Origin: Squalus acanthias
Lineage: Eukaryota
Direction of reading: 5' to 3'
Length of the DNA stretch: 64,000 nucleotides
NCBI GenBank assembly: GCA_030390025.1
Contig: CM059432.1
Location: forward strand, 150,600,001-150,664,000
The stretch's first letter is position 1. Each line of letters opens with the position of its first letter. The notes beneath the pieces are model-generated. The model did not search any database, was not told the DNA's origin, and worked only from the letters and a program-made list of their open reading frames with translations. The position numbers were made by a program, and so were the translations under genes. This document shows positions 59,901 to 64,000 of the stretch, piece by piece.

Positions 59901-61549
59901 TGCCTCTGGTTTATCTCCATTTGATGTTGTAGCCCAAGGGAGACTGCAACTAGAGCCCCCACAAGTGGGAGAAAGTGGTGTTCTCAGTGGCCTTCCTTTA
60001 ACATCCAAAGCCTTGCAAGCGTCCAGCAGCACTACCTGCACTCTAAGAAATTTTAAACATATAGCACCAAGCCACTACTCCAATAACAATCCAAAAGCTA
60101 GGTGCAATGGCAAGCCTGCCAGAGAGCCTCTTGTCAGTGTCCAAGAGCATGGAGGAATCTGGCTCCAACATTGCAAGGGGCTTTGCGTAGAGCTTGGAGC
60201 CCATGATTTCCAGGATGGAAATGATGGACAACTGCAGGAGAGACCTTGTGGATCCACAGGTGATGCTGGTTGTGATGGGCAATCTTCCAGCTTCCATTGC
60301 ATCACAGGCGGAAGAGACCCAACGTCTCACTGCTGCGGTGGAAGCTCAGACTGCTGCCATCATCGCTGGGTTTACGAGTCTCAAAAGGGGCTTGCAGGGT
60401 GTCGCAGTAGGCCAGTAATCTGTCCTCCAACAGATTACTAGGAATCCTGAGGGGCTGCCCCAGGGTGTGGGTCTGTGGAGCAAGAACCTGCTGTCCTCTC
60501 TCAGGACGACAGCATCCCTACTCCCATCACCGCCACGTCGCCATTGCCCTTGCCGCTGCCCATTAGCTAGCCCAGACTGCTTCCGCCCATGCCGAGGTGG
60601 TGCAGTCTACAGCCGGGCCTTCTAGGTCCACAACTGTTCGACGTCGTCTTGCAAGTCCATCTGCAGTCTCCCACACAAAGTCAGCAGCCTTCCACCAGCA
60701 TGCTGTAGCCACTGCGGGAGCACTGCGTAGGAGCGCTAGAGTAGGTAAAGGCACGTGAAAGACAGACACTAAGGGAATGCACAAGGGTGAATAGTTGAGA
60801 TTCTCATTGTGATTGGATTTTGATAAGTTTATGAATTTTGTTTGGAATGTGTGTTTTGTGGTGACTCTCATTTCAGCTGTGTGTCCAAGAGGAGGCTGTG
60901 ATGTTCTGTCACAGAGGGATGGTATGATTGGAAGTGGTGAGCAATGGGGATCTGGGGCTTCATTCAGTTGAATCGGAGTCTGATGAGGCGCTCACGACAG
61001 CCCATCCAGAACGGGGATTTGCTGCCCGTCTCCTCCCTACCTCCCTCCTCCTCCTCCTGCTCCTCTTCTTCTTCCTCCTCTTGAGATGGTCCCACAACCC
61101 CTGGTGTCAAGGGCTGCGCCTTCATGATGGCCAAGTTGAGGCGCATGCAGCAGACAACCACGAAATGGGACACCCGCTCTGGCGAGTACTTGAGGGCTCC
61201 TCCCGAGCAGTCAAGGCAGCGGAACAGTTGCTTGAACACCCCAATGGTCTGCTCGATGACGTTCCTGGTGGCAGCATGGCTTTCATTATACGAGTACTGG
61301 CCACAAGTGGTGGGGTTGCCAGGTGCAGAGCGGATAGCTCTTGTTGCTGGCACATCGGACTGGCGCAGGATGAAGGCATCATGACTGCTGCCAGGATACC
61401 GGGCATTGACCATCTGGATGCGCTGGGCGTGGTCACACAATAACTGCACATTAAATGAGTGGCAGCCTTTGCGGCTATGGAACATCTCAGCATTGTTACA
61501 CGGTGCCCGCAAAGCCACGTGTGTGCCGTCGATGGCACCCTCCACCATA

Positions 61550-62020
61550 GGGCAACACGGTGGCATAGTGGTTAGCACTGCTGCCTCACAGCGCCAGGGA
61601 CCCGGGTTCGAATCTGACCTCGGGTGACTGTCTGTGTGGAGTTTGCACATTCTCCCCGTGTCTGCGTGGGTTTCCTCCGGGTGCTCCGGTTTCCTCCCAC
61701 AGTCCAAAAATGTGCGGGTTAGGTTGATTTGGCTATGATAAATTGACCCTTAGTGTTAGGGGGGATTAAATATGTGGGGTTACGGGGATAGGATGGGATA
61801 TGTTAGGGGGAATTAAATACGTGGGGTTACGGGGGTAGGGTGGGATATGTGTCGGTGCAGGCTCGATGGGCCGAGATGGCCTCTATCTGTACTGTGGGGA
61901 GTCTGTGTGAGAAAGCAGGGACAGGGTACTGGATTTGGATGATCAGCCATGATCGTATTGAATGGTGGAGCAGGCTCGACAGGCCGAATGGCCTACTCCT
62001 GCTCCTAGTTTCTATGTTTC
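61550..62020 (+). mobile_element. HE1-type V-SINE (tRNA-derived) with CR1-type tail
   Basis: A-box TGGCATAGTGG, B-box GGTTCGAATC, V-domain tgtgtggagtttgcacattctccccgtgtctgcgtgggtttcctccgg; interrupts the transposase between GFP and MVEGAIDG. Confidence 0.9.
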
Positions 62021-62242
62021 TATAGGGAAGCCCGCTATCCTGGCAAACCCACATACAGCTGTTCTCTCTGTTCAGAGACAAGATAATGTCGTTCCTTCTC
62101 CTGGAGTACAGAGCCTCCGTGACCTCCCGGATGCAGCACTTAATGGCGAAATGGGAGATGTTAGCTATGTTGCCTGCTGCAGACTGGAAGGGTCCGCTGG
62201 CGAAAAAATGGAGGCCCACTTGTACAGCCATCATCACCCTGC

Positions 62243-63898
62243 TGTAGAATTCGCAAAATTATCGCGATTTTATAAAATAAGAAGGAGACATAAAGTTTCG
62301 TACAAACAGCTTTATTTCAGCAGAATGCTGTCAGGTTTTCAAAACGGACACAAACAGCCTGTAAAATGGCCGCCACGCCTCGTGGCAGAACGTTCTAGAC
62401 TTTCAATGAGCAGACAAGATGGCGTTCCAATAAACATTTGTGCAAAATCGTACAGGACTCAGCACATTTGAGATAATTGACAAGACATAATGGGTTTGCA
62501 TTTTATACATAAATACTGGAATCGGTCTCCCAGGTGCGAATAAGGGCTATTGTACCGAGCGATCAAGGACCCATCCAAAGACATTAATATGCAAAATCCC
62601 CACGACTCTACGATGAGAGAGCCGTTTGCGGGTAGTTACAGAAAGCATTTGGAAGCCCCAAAACCCAACAAGGGAGACTACTAGCCGGTTACACAATGGG
62701 AGAAGTATTAACGGGTACTCAGACAGTTACAAGTATCACCGAAACCCATTAAAAACGGAGATCACCCTATACAAGAAGTTTGAGCGCCAAAACCCTGACA
62801 AAAGATAGACATTAAGATTGGGCGGGAAAAGAGGAATTACAGCACTATAACTGTAAGGTACAACCGTCCATCTGTCTCTTGCCTCTTGCCTTGTTGCTCT
62901 TGTCTCTTGCCGCCTGCCTCTTGCTGCTCTTGCTGTTTTGACTCGCTGGAAGACTATTGAACTTTTATTCTCTTGCCTGACGGCTCTGGACTCTGATCCA
63001 CTAGGATCAACCTCGTGGCTTGCCGTGAAGATCTGTGTAGAACTGGGCTGTGAGGCCTTGAAACGGGCACACCATCCCGAGAAGTCGGTAAACGGTGTTG
63101 GAACCGAAGCCCCGAGATGAGATAAGATGAGATGAGATGAGATGAGAAGAAGACGACAATACGTATCGCCACGGTCAGTAAGCCCCGACCGTGCCTGTAG
63201 GTCGAATAAACACTTTCCTTGCCCAGGAAGACCATTCTTTGAGTTTTACAAACTGGTGAGGGCACAGGAAGACTCTTTTTTGAGTAGTGTCGGAACTCGA
63301 GGACAACACAGATCTTCATGACAGCAGACGGTCCAGCCTGCTAGCCGGAGCAGAAGCGAGTAAACAAGTGGGGTACAGAGACCCCTGATCAACACGTGGA
63401 TAGTCAGGTGCTGCGGTAAAAACATCCGAGCAGAGTTTCGGAATTCTCCGAGTTATCACGAGTGGTGAGCATGAGTCTCGATCCTACAAATCTAGTTTAG
63501 GACAGGTATTGATAGGGGAGGGTTTAAGTTTTAAGGATAATTGTAATGTGTGCCCCCTTTTACGATGTGTCATGCGCTCCTCGTTTCCCTAAAATTAGTT
63601 ACATAACTGTGTGTAAGATTGTACTGTCATTAATCTGTGCTTATGACATGTATCTCGTAATCTTGAATAATATGCAATAAAGATTTTCCATTTCGCACTA
63701 TTCAACCGGGTCTACCTGAGTTTTCTCTGCATTATTGCTCTCGCACCTAAGTCCAGTGTCAGAACCGTAAGGGCGAGTGGGTCGAACCACTCACAGGTGT
63801 CTAGTGTTACCAGGCTGGCTGGAGACCAGAACAGGCAACAAGGCCTAACCTCGCACTAGCACCCAGGCTAAGCACAGAGCCGCAGGTCACCCCTCACA
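62243..63898 (+). mobile_element. 1.66-kb solo LTR
   Basis: TGTAG...CTCACA ends; perfect 4-bp TSD CTGC at 62239-62242 and 63899-63902; AATAAA near 63677; internal (GAGAT)n at about 63114-63146. Confidence 0.85.
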
Positions 63899-64000
63899 CT
63901 GCTCTGAGGTCTGGTTGCAGGAGGTGGCAGAGTTCTGTAACCACTTCCTTGGTGAAGCGGAGCCTCCTAATGCACTGCTCCTGGCTTAAGTGCAGGTAGG

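Larger units (their letters stand above)
60100..64000 (-). pseudogene. Harbinger element: accessory-gene remnant (+, 60100-60790) converging on the transposase (-, 60964-64000), split by a SINE and a solo LTR
   Basis: YLHLSQEQCIRRLRFTKEVVTELCHLLQPDL (63905-64000); FFASGPFQSAAG..IS (62025-62237); GAIDGTHV, PGSSHDAFIL, IEQTIGVFK (60964-61548). Confidence 0.9.

Noticed and set aside
60964..61707. 247-aa ORF as a domesticated HARBI1-like gene
   Set aside because: Its N-terminus is antisense SINE sequence, the GDxGY catalytic segment is deleted, and the gene is split by a SINE and an LTR

Overview
This is eukaryotic, repeat-dominated DNA. The repeat content (abundant CR1 LINEs, an HE1-type V-SINE, SacSINE1/DeuSINE-type SINEs, Harbinger relics) points to a cartilaginous fish; that is an inference, not a database result. 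Nearly every long ORF in the track is a broken transposon fragment or the antisense shadow of one. The window appears to lie inside a minus-strand host gene. Five small exons (54471-54560, 47656-47767, 32850-32928, 3121-3209, 463-520) have canonical AG/GT ends and splice into one stop-free frame of about 142 codons, which I cannot name. The introns hold nested CR1 and L2 LINEs, Harbinger elements and MITEs, two young Tigger/pogo-like MITE copies, tiny hAT MITEs, three solo LTRs and a Penelope fragment. Five observations stand out. (1) An apparently ORF1-less LINE starts with a tRNA-like Pol III head, and two SINEs here are its head joined to its tail. (2) A TSD-bounded Penelope carries an intact-looking minimal hammerhead ribozyme. 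(3) A roughly 0.6-kb palindrome has a CR1 inserted in its apical loop. (4) Two diverged solo LTRs keep a covarying B-box/T-arm-like hairpin. (5) An inverted pair of sister CR1 copies brackets one host exon. All coordinates and alignments were done by eye. Family names come from remembered motifs, not from searches.
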